Source of the DNA: Octopus sinensis
Lineage: Eukaryota
Length of the DNA stretch: 64,000 nucleotides
Reading direction: 5' to 3'
Assembly: GCF_006345805.1 (NCBI RefSeq)
Contig: NC_042998.1
Span: 194,060,001 to 194,124,000, forward strand
Below the pieces are notes generated by a model. It had not been told where the DNA came from and made no database searches. It saw only the letters and a list, made by a program, of their open reading frames with translations. The position numbers and the translations under genes were made by a program. Each line of letters opens with the position of its first letter. The first letter of the stretch is position 1. Positions 35,959 through 48,956 of this stretch are shown piece by piece.

Positions 35959-36311
35959 TAATTATGACCCTAGTATCGATCTATTGCATTTCAATCTGTG
36001 TTAGGGTTATGGGTGGGGGGAAGGGTATATTTTTTCTTCAGAAATGTAAATAAACCCAATCTGTTTCTTAAACGAGGGACATATTCATACGGCACAGAAT
36101 GTTTTCAGCTCAATAGACGTCATTGATTGGTTGAAATTGCAGAAACTGAAGGAAAAAAAAACAACAAATATCTTACAAACTATAGAATGTTTTCAATAAA
36201 GCCAAGAGGAAAAGATGTTTTATAAACACATTCTACCAGTATACGAAGTTTAAAAGTGTTTAGTTACGTAGAAATTATTTTAAAAAACTGCCGGTCAAAC
36301 CGAAAAGATCC
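35955..36311. mobile_element. GGATC-ended MITE, left end lost
   Basis: Closely matches 40255-40621 and ends CCGAAAAGATCC. Confidence 0.75.
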
Positions 36312-36759
36312 GTCTCGGAAATACTGCCTCCATTTGTGAGTAAAAGAAAGAAAGAAAGAAAACAGCATAAATATGCTCACTAGGCGAACTCTAAAGCAAT
36401 TTCAAATTTAAATAATTTAGCTGTCGGAGTTGTCTCCCCTGTCTATCTGTCAGTTTATCTATCTGTCTGTCTGTGTATCTAGCTAGCTTGGTAGTGTATC
36501 TTAGCTGCCAAGGATCGTTAGCGACTATTCAGCCTGTTCTTCTAGAAGGACATTATGAGACAGTGGAGTCTTGTTTTCAACTGTCCATACTTCAGTTTTT
36601 CTTCTCTTCTTGATTTTCACCTCTGGTATTTTGATCTTGTCACTCATTGATTTCCAGTTGATTCGCAGAAACCTCAAACGCATTTAATTTCTCCCATCTA
36701 CCATTAAGCTAATGTCTCCTACTCGACCTTTTGAATTAAAATGATTTGTTTGCTACATT

Positions 36760-38035
36760 AAACCTAAACCTTGTGTATAATACGCAACCCTTCTCTAACT
36801 TGAGTCAAGGAGGTCTATATAACGTCCTTGGTTTGTAAAACTGTATACGGTAACGTCCTTTATTATTATTGTATATATAACATAATGCAAACGTGTAGCT
36901 TTTTTGTGCATTTTGTTTGCAGAAAATAAAGAAATAACAGTAATAACGTTTAATAAATGTTGCTTACTGCAAGTTATGGATGATTCTTTTATGACTTCAT
37001 TGCTTTCAGGCTTAGCTTACGAAGTTAACTATTTCTTCTTTATACAGAAGGAGTCACTGTGTAATTCCCTCGGTCATTCTTGTGACAAATATAAACCTAA
37101 AAACTCTTCTAATATCTTTTTGCGTTAAAAGAAAATTATATCTTTTCTTCAAGGATTGCTAACAGTTGCCATTAGGTTTTTGTTTTCTTCCCCCTTTCAT
37201 ATATGTATAGAATATACGCATGCGCAACAGCAAATGGGTAGCAATGTAGCTAGTTTTCCTCTTCAGTTTGAGAACAATCGAATGTGTTACTTGATTGATG
37301 TATGTGAACTACAATACACAGATATAGTAAATATTTAATATAGATGATGATGATGATGATGAAAGTGTAATCCATCCTGCTATCCCTAATTCAGACCCTT
37401 TTCTTTTCTGTTCTGTTTATCATATTCATAATTATCGAGTTCCAATTAAATATTTAAAAAAAAGATAACAATAATAGTAAATCGAACGTATAGTAAATAC
37501 TCGAGTATAATCCGCATTTCCCCCCAAAAAAATTTAAAGGTCAAAATCCCTAGTGCGTACTATTTACGAGGTTAAAAATGAAAAATATTTTCTAAGCAAT
37601 GTCCGAGTCTCTATTTGCTGTCTGGCAAGGTTTATTCAGACGTATTTTGTGATGTCAGGTGCGAGAATACCTTAAGCTGAGCCTGAAGGCAATGAAGTCA
37701 TAAAAGAATCATCCATAACTTGCAGTAAGCAATATTTATTAAAATAAAAAGTATTCAGAACACAGAATAACATGTAACAAAAACAATTTGCAAGCATATT
37801 TACATTCCCATATAACAGTTAAGAACATCACCATTATTGTATTATGCATGCGCGGAAGTGTTTGTTCGACTAGGTGCTGCTGGCTTGATTACGCACGACT
37901 CAAGTTAGAGAATTACACAGGTTTAGGTTTAGGTTGTGTATTATACACAAGGTTTAGGTTTTTCAGAGGTACAGCTCCCTAAAAATCCCCTGTGTATTAT
38001 ACTCAAGGGCGGACTATGCTCGAAGATTTACGGTA
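36760..38035. mobile_element. Oppositely oriented pair of related Tc1/pogo-like MITE sequences
   Basis: 36961-37019 vs 37673-37731 inverted at 57/59; TIR-like TATAGTAAATACTCGAGTATAATCCGC (~37488) vs GCGGACTATGCTCGAAGATTTACGGTA (~38035). Confidence 0.55.
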
Positions 38036-39707
38036 TGTTATTTTAACTAGTGTTTTCAAGAAAATTGTAAAAACATTATTTTTCTCCTCACTCCTTAGAT
38101 TACCTCGTATCATATTTGGGCGATCTTTCGCTTTATGTTTTAGGGATCCGAACTGCAATGGCGAAGTATTCAACTAGGGACCACGAGTAAGCCACTACAC
38201 TTTTTTCATGATTGATCAATAAATCGAGTAATCAGCGTGAGGCAATGATGTGATATGGTTTCTCGGACGATCCAAAATTTGTTCCCCTTTTTACCCTACG
38301 CAAACTGTTTGGCACCTAACTCAAACAAACGACTTCAGGCTCTCAGGCTCTCACTTCAAGCCAGAACGATTTTGGACACTCACACACGATGTATTACAGT
38401 TAGCCTTCAACAAGACTCAGAGTGGTTCTCTCCTCCCAACCGGCAGATATTGAGTTTTTTTTCCTCAAGATAGCCAACACAAAATCATGTTCATCATGTT
38501 CATAAAGTTTACTATCCTATATAATGCCGATTACCAACGATTATCATTTTCTTTCGCTTTTATTCATTTACTTATAATTTGTCCTCCGCCATATTTGATA
38601 TACATTTTATATATACCAGTGATCGTCTTTATGTGAAAAAGGTACTCTACAGATTAGAACCACTGCCTTAGAACGACAGTAGTAGGGAAAACGATTGGCA
38701 AAATCGTTATAGCATCAGACAAAATGCCTGTATTTAGAAGTCTTGCGGAGGTAAAGCCAGCCGTTCATACCTCAGGAAATGGTAAAATAAAGGGTTATCA
38801 TGTAGTTTACGGGGTTAGAAAAAAATGAATGTTAATTGACCGGAAGTAACGAGGGATCATTTCTGTTCAGCTGCATTAAAAAAAAATTAAGTTAAGTGAA
38901 AATTTTCAGATTTGGTGTATTGATGTAATATTTCACGCTGACTCTCAATGCCTAATTCACTTGTTCCAGAAATTAAAAATAAAAAAAAAAAAAAAATCAA
39001 ATGTTTAAAGTTTGATAATTTCTACCCAATCTGAAAACAGGATTTGGAAGCTGTCATTTTGTGCGTGACTGCAATCGTAAACACAACAAAACAATGTCAG
39101 CATTGTACGAAGGCACGTGTTTTAAGCAGTTAATAAGCGAAAAATGACTTTAAAAAGGAGTAAACAACACATATTTTGTTGTTTTAAGAGCAGAAAAAGA
39201 TGGGTGCAGGCAGAAAAACACAGTGTAAAATATCAGTTTGTAAACTCACGTGGTTTTTCATAAACACTTTTCCAGCGCTTGGCTTGTCACTGTGGCTTTC
39301 GAGTGGCTAAACCTACCCAAAATTTACAAAGTTTAAAAGCTATTAACTGTTTACTTTTTGACTTATGGCGAAAATAAATTCCATATTAATAATGAGTATA
39401 CGAAACTACATTAATACACCAAATTTGAAATAAATTAGAACAAAACTGGAGAAATTGAAAAATGGCAGCCAAACAGAAAAGACCCCGGACAACAGTGACA
39501 TCCTATAATTTCATAAAGAGAAGTGGAGAAATCTTTTGATTTTATTGACAGAGCCCCTTCATTAAGCCGCGTCAACTGGTACCTACTTGTATAGTACCTT
39601 CTAGTGATATCTTAAGAATTTCAGAAATAGCATCTAAGGTACAGCGTCTCAATTTACTATACACAACATAAATGTGATTGTTTTCAACTTAAGATATAAG
39701 AATGATT

Positions 39708-40070
39708 GGATCTTTTCACTTTGACCGGCAGATTTTTAAAATAATTTCTTTGGCTTTCTTGAGAAAATTCTGTTGTTTGTAAGCTATTTGTTGTTTAATT
39801 TCTTGCATTTCGGCAATTTCAACCAATCAATGAAAATGTTGACAAAATACGTCAGATATTGTATTCACCTCAATAGACGTCATTGATTGGTTGAAATTAC
39901 CGAAATGCAAGAAATTAAACAACAAATAACTTACAAACTAGAGAATTTTCTCAAGAAAGCCAAGAGAAAAAGATGTTTTATGTAACACATTCTACCAGTA
40001 TACGAAGTTTAAAAGTGTTTAGTTACAAAGAAATTATTTTAAAAATTTGCCGGTCAAAGCGAAAAGATTC
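39708..40070. mobile_element. GGATC-ended foldback MITE with perfect 8 bp TSD GAATGATT
   Basis: TSD at 39700-39707 and 40071-40078; arms palindromic over most of the length. Confidence 0.85.
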
Positions 40071-40200
40071 GAATGATTTTCATGTTATATAAAATGTATG
40101 TAGATATGTATGTTGGCTTTAATAGATTTGTTTACATGAAATTATCGGATATCACTGATCTCACTTCCGCTAAAAGTAAGGCTTCTCAAGTCTATAAGGA

Positions 40201-40621
40201 GGATCTTTTCGGTTTGAACGGCAGTTTTTTCTAGCGGTGTCATATGAAATTGTCACCCATAATTATGGCCCTAGTATCGATCTATTGCATTTCAATCTGT
40301 TTTAGGGTTAGGGTTAGAGTTAGGGGTAGGGGGAAGGGTATCTTTTTTTCTTCAGAAATGTAAATAAATCCAATCTGTTTCTTAAACGAGGAACATATTC
40401 ATACGGAACAGAATGTTTTCCCTCAATAGACGTCATTGATTGGTTGAAATTGCAGAAATTGAAGAAAAAACAACAAATATCTTACAAACTATAGAATTTT
40501 CTCAATAAAGCCAAGAGAAAAAGATGTTTTATAAACACATTCTACCAGTATACGAAGTTTAAAAGTGTTTAGTTACGTGGAAATTATTTTAAAAAAACTG
40601 CCGGTCAAACCGAAAAGATCC
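40201..40621. mobile_element. GGATC-ended MITE with internal TTAGGG repeats
   Basis: GGATCTTTTCGGTTTGAACGGCAGTTTTTT ... AAAAAACTGCCGGTCAAACCGAAAAGATCC; TTTAGGGTTAGGGTTAGAGTTAGGGG at 40301-40326. Confidence 0.85.
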
Positions 40622-41340
40622 CTATAAACATAATTCAATGAATATCGAGTCGTATATAAATGATATTCTTTACGTGCGAGCAGACTTGTATCGTGGCAAA
40701 ATGCCTAGTTAAAGCATAGAAGAAGAAAAAACATTCCATAACTGAATGTGTATTCAAGAGACTAACCTGAAACTGTATTTGTAGCAATGCTAAAATATAA
40801 TTCTATTTATTCCCTGTTTAATAACTTATCTTAACCTCACGCCATTCACAAGTCTTTATGAATGGCACGAGGTCTATTTACAGTCAGTCAATTTAGAAAA
40901 TGTTTACTCTAAGCTTTCTAAGAACGAAACTGTTTGTATAGTTATGTGAATTTCTCGCTGTGCCCAACTTTTCAATTTGTTGTAGTTTTGAATATGTCGG
41001 CAAGATTTTCACGTTATACAGAGAAGAAATTAGGTAATTTTAGAATTAGATTTAAATATCTAATTTAGTTTTTTATTATTGGGTTGTGGTGTCGCTTGTG
41101 GAGTTTGGGTGCCAGATTATTTTCATAAAAAGTAGTATAAAATTTTCAAAAATATCTGATTGTGTCAGAAAATAGGCCATGATATTACTTGGAAATTTTA
41201 CACATACATATACACGCGTGCGCAAGTACACACATGCCCATACGCACACAAAGACTGTCCGTGAGCACGATATTCAATAAGATTCTTAATACAAATTAAG
41301 ATTTTAATGCATCAATGCACATTCCGCTTCACTAATATAT

Positions 41341-41695
41341 TTTCTGAGTTCTGAGTTCAAATTCCGCCGAGGTCGACTTTGCCTTTCATCCTTTCGGGGT
41401 CGATAAATTAAGTTCCAGTTACGCACTGGGGTCGATATAATCGACTTAATCCGTTTGTCTGTCCTTGTTTGTCCTCTCTGTGTTTAGCCCCTTGTGGGCA
41501 GTAAAGAAATAGGTATTTCGTCTGCCGCTACGTTCTGAGTTCAAATTCCGCCGAGGTCGACTTTGCCTTTCATCCTTTCGGGTTTCGATAAATTAAGTAC
41601 CAGTTACGCACTGGGGTCGATATAATCGACTTAATCCGTTTGTCTGTCCTTGTTTGTCCCCTCTGTGTTTAGATCCTTGTAGGCAGTAAAGAAAT
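41341..41695 (+). mobile_element. tRNA-derived SINE, dimeric bodies, head missing
   Basis: Two tandem bodies joined at GTAAAGAAATAGGTATTTCGTCTG. Confidence 0.8.
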
Positions 41696-42354
41696 ATATA
41701 TTAATAATGACAAAAGTTTCTGAAAGGAGTATGCAAATGATTCTTGTACAGTGTATTAATACATTTGGAAACCCTTCAAAATGTTAAAGGAATTTCTCCA
41801 AGAATTTAAGTCACATTCGTCCCCCTTTTGCAATTCTCCCTTTAGTATTGGCTGTTCAGTTTAAAAATGGAGAAATACAGAACTTGTAGTGCCAACTGCT
41901 AATACCGATGAAAAAAACAATTTTTTTTTTAAGAATCTTCTGTTGATGAGCCAAAATTTTTATGTGAAGCAGTAACACTTAAAAATGCAGCTAGTGTTCT
42001 GGGTTAGTCAGATTTAGGGAGTGCCATCAGGAAATGCCACTGGTGAAAGAATAATTTCAGGGGACACTCTCACCAAAACTAAACTAAGAAATATTCTTTT
42101 CTACTCTAGGCACAAGGCCCGAAATTTTTGGGGAGAGGGCCAGTCGATTAGATAGACCCCAGTGCGTACAAGGACAGACAAACGGATTAATACAGTTACT
42201 TCTTGTAAATCAATCAATTTTTCAGCAGCATGGAATTACTATACTAAACAAAAAATGGCAGACCGTTATGAGGATCAAGTTTGGATTGTCTTAACGTTTA
42301 GAAACAGAAGCTTCAAATAAGAGCAAAACTGTTTTTAGCATTAATTCTTACTTT

Positions 42355-42590
42355 AGTTGACGAGCTGGTAGAATCATTAGCACGTCGGATGGGATGCCTA
42401 GCGGTACTTCATCTGACTTTTTACGTCCTGAGTTCGAATCCTGCCGAGGTTAGCTTTGCCTTTTATACTTTCGGGATCGATTAAAATGAGGTACCAGTTA
42501 AATATTGTCTCGATGTAATCCACTTGCCCCGCCCCTCAAAAATTGCAGATATTGTGTCAAAATTAGAAAGAATATTAATTCTCACATAGC
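42355..42590 (+). mobile_element. Decayed monomeric tRNA-SINE (same family)
   Basis: GACGAGCTGGTAGAATCATTAGCAC head, GAGTTCGAATCC B-box-like motif. Confidence 0.7.
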
Positions 42591-42655
42591 TCAAGAACTT
42601 TTTCACGACTTGACGCAAAACTTCAGTAGTAGTTTTTGTAACAGGGTACGATTTG

Positions 42656-43480
42656 GGATCATTACTTTTTGACCGACAGATTTTAAAAATAATTTTTTGT
42701 AACTAAACACTTTCAAACTTCGGACACTGGTAGAATGTGTCATATAAAACATCTTTTACTGTTAGCATTTTTGAGAAAAACTTATATTTACGAAGTTATT
42801 TCACGTTAAAGTTGTCCTATTTCGGTAATTTCAACCAATCAATGACGTGTATTCAGTTGAATAAAATTACTGCCGTTGTTTGTCAACAAGAACTTCCGGC
42901 GGCGTATATTTCGTTTTTCACTGATATTTATGACAACCCTAACCCTAACCCTAACCCTATAACCCTAACCCTAAAACCTTAACCCTAAAGCCCTAACCCT
43001 AACCCTAAAACCTTAAAGCTAAAACCAGTACAAACGCACGAACGATGTCATAAATAACAGTGACAAATGAAAAATACCCCGCCGATAGTTGTTATTGACA
43101 AACAACGGCAGTAATTTTATTCGGCTGAATACACGTCATTGATTGGTTGAAATTATCGAAATATGACAACTTTAACGTGAAATTACTTCGTAAATATAAT
43201 TTATTCTCAAAAGGGCTAAGAGTAAAAGATGTTTTATACGACACATTCTACCATATAAAACATTCCTCTGCACCCTTATTAACTATTCTTTCAGACCTGC
43301 TACTACCTAGCGAGCCATCACAAAAGTAAAAGAGAGAGAGAGAGAGATTGAGAAAAGGAAAATGTCTTACCTATTTGAAGACTATGGAAATATTTAAAAA
43401 AAAAAACATTTAATTTAATTTGAAAGTGTTTAGTTACAAAAAATTATTTTAAAAATCTGTCGGTCAGAAAGTAAAGATCC
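42656..43480. mobile_element. Large GGATC-ended foldback element with central telomeric (AACCCT)n
   Basis: About 280 bp inverted arms; (AACCCT)n at ~42935-43005; degenerate TSD ACGATTTG/ACTATTTT. Confidence 0.8.
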
Positions 43481-44026
43481 ACTATTTTTTTTTTGTCATT
43501 TATTGCAATACCTAACATATATATATATAAATGCGTTTTACGTAAAATGTTGGTTGACTCGTCTAAAATCAACAACTAACTATTGCTTATGTCTTCTATT
43601 TTTGTGAGCGAAAAGATCAAAATACAGGAGAAAAGTTTGTTTGCTCGAATTAAGAAGAGGAAAAATTTAAAGCCTTAACACTTAAAGACGCCAAGTAATA
43701 ACGACTGGTGAAGAAGTAACGTGTGTGTGTGCGTGTGCGTGCATGTTAAAGAGGGAAAGACAAAAAAATAAAGAAAGAAGTACTGACGCGAAAGCTTACA
43801 AATAAACAATACTGCTATGTTAAAACTCTTAAGTAATTTGTCGTGTTTCCCTCTGAAATCACGCAGTGATATTGGAAAATTACCAACAGTCAACAGACAG
43901 TTGCCTTGTAAGCATTGTTAATTTGATATTACCATGTCTCAGATTTCTTTTAAGATCAATACCTTGTCGATATTTTCCAGAATATTCACCACTACCCAAC
44001 AATCAATTCAATGTTTCTCTTCTCTT

Positions 44027-44350
<324 letters not shown>

Positions 44351-44351
44351 A

Positions 44352-44880
44352 AGGAGAATAAGACCAGGTAGAAAATGTGAAGACATTATTTCGGACTAGC
44401 TAAAGGCATCTGGAAAATGTAAAAACTACTGTCAGAGAAAGACCCTTGTTCCATCGTGGGAAAAGTTCTGTAGCAGTGTTAATCTAAATTTGGCTATGGT
44501 GGATCGAATTCACTTCATGCATGCAGGATTCACTACAGTTGCATTGTCTATGAATTTATAGAGGGGAAAAATTCTGAAGTTGGGTTGTTCGTTAATAGCA
44601 CAAATGTCGATGTGTTCGCTTAATGCTGTTTTTCTGTATTCCCGAATTTTAATCTGGGATCTATGTGCGGTCATCCTCTGGCGTAGACTGTTTTTGGTTT
44701 TGCCTATGTATTGCTATCGATACTCTGAGCAAGTTAACACGTATATTAGGTTAACCGAAGCACATGTGAAGTTGTTTTTCACTGTAAAACGTTGACCCTT
44801 TTTAAAGGAGAACTCCGATCCCTCAGTTAGGTCGATGCGTATACCACAGTTAGGTCTTCCGCATTTTTTACTGGCGGTTT
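44352..44880 (-). mobile_element. Penelope-like element 3' fragment, Neptune-type GIY-YIG
   Basis: Minus frame KKCGRPNCG...NNFTCASVNLIYVLTCSEYR*QYIGKTKNSLRQRMTAHRSQI...LSEHIDIC. Confidence 0.82.
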
Positions 44881-45720
44881 CAATGTTGTTGACGAGTGTA
44901 CTTGGGTTTATGGTAAGGATGATGCAGTTGATTTTTGTATAGACATCAGTATGGTAGCTAATAGATGGGCGGTCCGTCCCTTATGGGGGAGAGGGGGTCA
45001 CTTTTGGGTCTGCTGTATAAGCCTGTATATGCATTGGTGACCAGAAGAGACGACAAACTCAAGGGCTTCTTCGGGTGAAACACACTCAAATTACACCACT
45101 GATATCAATTGGGAAAATATGGGTTTGACGAGTCAACAAGAAAGACTACTGTGGACACTCAACATATGAGACATAACAGACACATTTCTCACAAATCCAT
45201 TAGGAATGATGCGACTGGAACGTGTTTGATCATTGTCTGCTGGATCAAGGCTGACCTGGGACTAAATATAAATAGCGTGTGCAGAAGATGTATTTCAGAG
45301 AATTGCAATTCTGAAGAAGGAAACAATAAGCAAAGAAGTGTGTGACGATATAGAGTAGAGAGGGTGTGAAGTAGATAGGGGGGTGCATCGGGTAGATTTA
45401 TCATGACAGCATGACATTAGTTTGCTAGGAAGCCGACCTGAACATAAAATGCGCTCATCTCAGTCTACTCCTGACTAGAGCTAACTATAATAAAACTTTT
45501 GTCTCCATACTATCATTAGCAGCAAATTGAAACAAAAAACGAAACGAACACCTAAAACAACAAATATTGTTTTTTTTTAAAAAAAAACAAAGACTAATTC
45601 CAGCGTTTGTTAGATTTGTAATAAAATGTGTGTGGAAATATTCAAGATTTATGTTTACAGATATCGTTGTCTATTCTGTGTAAGGAAACAAAATACTTGA
45701 AACAGAGTAAGTTAATATTC

Positions 45721-45981
45721 GGATCTTTTCAGTTTGAAGGCCAGATTTTCCTAGTTAACTAAACAATTTGAAACTTCGTATACTGGTAGAATGTGTCAAA
45801 AGAAAACATAATTGTAAACCAAAATGAAAACGGAATTGTAATTTCTAAGTTTAACGTTGTTTAATAATTCGAATTTTAACCAAGGGTATTCTTTCTTTCT
45901 ACCTCACCAGTATACGAAATTTCAAATTATTTAGTTAACTAGAAAAATCTGAAAAATCTGGCCTTCAAAATGAAAAGATCC
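45721..45981. mobile_element. GGATC-ended foldback MITE with perfect 8 bp TSD TAATATTC
   Basis: TSD at 45713-45720 and 45982-45989; long inverted arms. Confidence 0.85.
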
Positions 45982-46460
45982 TAATATTCAATTGCAAGTG
46001 AAGAAGAGACGCAAAATAAACATTGTCAACAACAGCAACAGCAACAACAGCAACGATATCAATACTGATTAAGAGGAGCAAAGTAACGACAAAAATGTAA
46101 TTAACGTTCGATCGACTATAAACGATATGATTATTTGGCTTACCACTGCAATATGTAGGTTTTTTTAAACACATGCTGTTCGAAATGGTGTTTGTTTTTA
46201 AAAAAGCTAATAAGAAAACTCGACCATATGCAGCTTCCCATCGGTTTCAATAAAGACTCTTTTCTACCCCGCCCCCACACCAGAAAAGAATCTCTTCATT
46301 TTTTTCCCCCTTCAACAAACAAGTTAGTTGACAATGGGAATGATAACAATTTACTTAAGTGTCGTGAAAGTTGATTTAACTCAAGATATAATTAGTCCCG
46401 TTCGTGCTCTTCTTGGCTGACTGTATTTCTCATACACAGATTTCCTTACATATTTAAAAT

Positions 46461-46823
46461 GAAGCACTCCGTCGGTTCCGACGACGAGGGTTCCGGTTGA
46501 TCCGAATCAACGGAACAGCCTGCTCGTGAAATTAACGTGTAAGTGGCTGAGCACTCCACAGACACGTGACCCTTAACGCAGTTCTCGGGGGATATTCAGC
46601 AGGTACAACAGAGAGTGACAAGGCCGGCCCTTTGAAATACAGGTACAACAGAAACAGGAAGTAAGAGTGAGAGAAAGTTGTGGTGAAAGAGTACAGCAGG
46701 GATCACCACCATCCCCTGCCGGAGCCTCGTGGAGCTTTAGGTGTTTTCGCTCAATAAACGCTCAATAAACTGCGATCCTACGACCGCGAGTCCGCTGCCC
46801 TAACCACTGGGCCATTGCGCGTC

Positions 46824-46826
<3 letters not shown>
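46461..46826 (-). mobile_element. tRNA-derived SINE of a third family
   Basis: Head GCAATGGCCCAGTGGTTAGGGCAGCGGACTCGCGG (A-box-like); body unrelated to the other SINEs. Confidence 0.7.
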
Positions 46827-46871
<45 letters not shown>

Positions 46872-47559
46872 AAATACATTTGCTGAGTTTATCTTCTGAC
46901 TCTAATGATTTCTAACGTAAGCCCACGACCACAAATTTGGGATGGGGAACATTTCAGCTGATTAAATCTACCTCCAAGGTATGACTGATACATAACTAAT
47001 CTCCGAAGGCTGATAGGCAAAGTTGATCGCGATGCGATTTGAGCTCAGAATGTAAAGATCCGGAATAAAATATAACAGCATTTTGTTCGACGCTCTAATG
47101 ATTCTGCTAGTTCCTTTGCTTTTATCTACTAACAATGATGTATAAGTGAATGGTTACAAACGACAGTTCTCTTCGCAGTCATGAGGTTCTGAGTTCGATC
47201 TTACAATGTGCCATATTGGACAAATGTCTTTTATCCATTGCACCCGGGCAGATCTAAGCCTTATGAGTGAAACCGTGTTAATTCCATCGGGTGGATTGTA
47301 CCTCTAAATCAAAGGTCCAGTCGTGTTATACTGTGTCATGCTGAATCGGACTGAAAATTACGTTATGGATGCAAGTGTCAGTGGAGTACACAGTAATTTA
47401 CTCTTTAATTTAATAGTGTTTCTTAACCCCTTTTTGCCCCACGCTTCGCTTCGATTGTAAAATAAATAAATAACCATGAACAAAGTTAGCATACACACAT
47501 ACAAACATACATACATACATACATACATACATACATACATACATACATACATACATACA

Positions 47560-47606
<47 letters not shown>

Positions 47607-47607
<1 letters not shown>

Positions 47608-47785
47608 CTAGCAGTATCGCCCGACGTTGCTCAGGTTTGTAAGGGAAATAACTATAAAGCATTTTTAGAGAGTTATAGCCAAAAAATAGCAAAATAATGG
47701 AAAAAAATGATGGTAAATTTGTTTTTGAGATTTAAAAAAGTTGGAGTTGCGTCCCCTAGACAGTTTGTGGTTTGTGCTTCTGATC
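47607..47785 (-). mobile_element. Helitron-like non-autonomous element 3' end
   Basis: Reverse complement ends CCTGAGCAACGTCGGGCGATACTGCTAGT (hairpin + CTAG), abutting (TA)n. Confidence 0.6.
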
Positions 47786-47799
47786 GTCTTTAGATAAAA

Positions 47800-48390
47800 G
47801 AAGAGTCGTCGACACATGCTTCTGGTAGAATAGCACGGCAGTCGCCAGACTTTATCACCAAAAGAGACTTAAACTTGCACCCTGAACCACATTTTGACAT
47901 AATGCCCAAGAGCACTGGGAGAACGCCGATACAAGTGGAGATATGACAAGGTCCTTGAAGAAATCGTCAAGTGGACTGATCAGCAAAGAGTGAAGACTAA
48001 TAAACACCAGCTACAACCACCAAAGGGTATCAAATTCCTAAACGAAGGCGACAAAGCTCCCAAGACGAAAGCAATGATTCGGGACCCGTTTTCTATTTTG
48101 CGTTCAACCTCAGATTGAGAGAAGCAAGCAGACCTGAAAGTTAGACTTGTCTTTCCAGAGGAGACGGAGGTAATAACACTCCGACCAGACGACATAATTT
48201 TGCTTTCTAGGGATACAAAAACAATCATCGAGGTCGAACTCAGAGTGCCATGGGAGGACAGACACGATATATCTCACCACGTACAGAAAACCAACTATCA
48301 GGACTTAGTCGACGAGATCCTTGCCGCGGCTTTCCAGTTAGAACAGTGCGTTATTGCATATAGAAAAAAAGTTCAACTTCTTGCCTAATG
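47800..48390 (+). pseudogene. Restriction-like endonuclease (RLE) domain fragment of a Hero/NeSL-type non-LTR retrotransposon
   Basis: Single frame TLNHILT*CPRALGERRYKWRYDKVL...SD*EKQADL..RLVFP...TLRPDDIILLSRDTKTIIEVELRVPWED...KTNYQDL (HILxxC, RHD-like, RPD, ELxVPWE motifs). Confidence 0.75.
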
Positions 48391-48529
48391 CAAGCCCGGA
48401 GCAATATCTTATTTCTTACACTATTTCAGTGTTACGTGTCAAAAGTGAAACAATAACATCTCTATTGTAATGTGAGATACTTTCAGTTTTAATATTTCCA
48501 ATATTAATACTGAAACTATTATCTCTCTT

Positions 48530-48750
48530 ATATATATGTACATATATATTATGTGTGTGTGTGTGTATATATATATATGCATGTGTATATGTGTATATAC
48601 ATCTGCACATATATATGTATGTATATATGTATGTATGTATATATATATATATATACATATATATTTATATAGATGTATATGTAGAGATGTATATGTGTAT
48701 GCATATGTATACATGTATGTGTATAGATGTATATATATATATATAATATA

Positions 48751-48794
<44 letters not shown>

Positions 48795-48899
48795 GTATAT
48801 ATATATACATATGCATAGATTTATATGTATATATATACGTATATATATGCATATATATATGCGTATATATATATATATATATATATGCATATATATATG

Positions 48900-48955
<56 letters not shown>
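48530..48955. repeat. Long degenerate (TA)n microsatellite
   Basis: Direct inspection. Confidence 0.95.

Positions 48956-48956
<1 letters not shown>

Noticed and set aside
42935-43005. True telomere or chromosome fusion site
   Set aside because: Short, degenerate, single orientation and enclosed within MITE arms.
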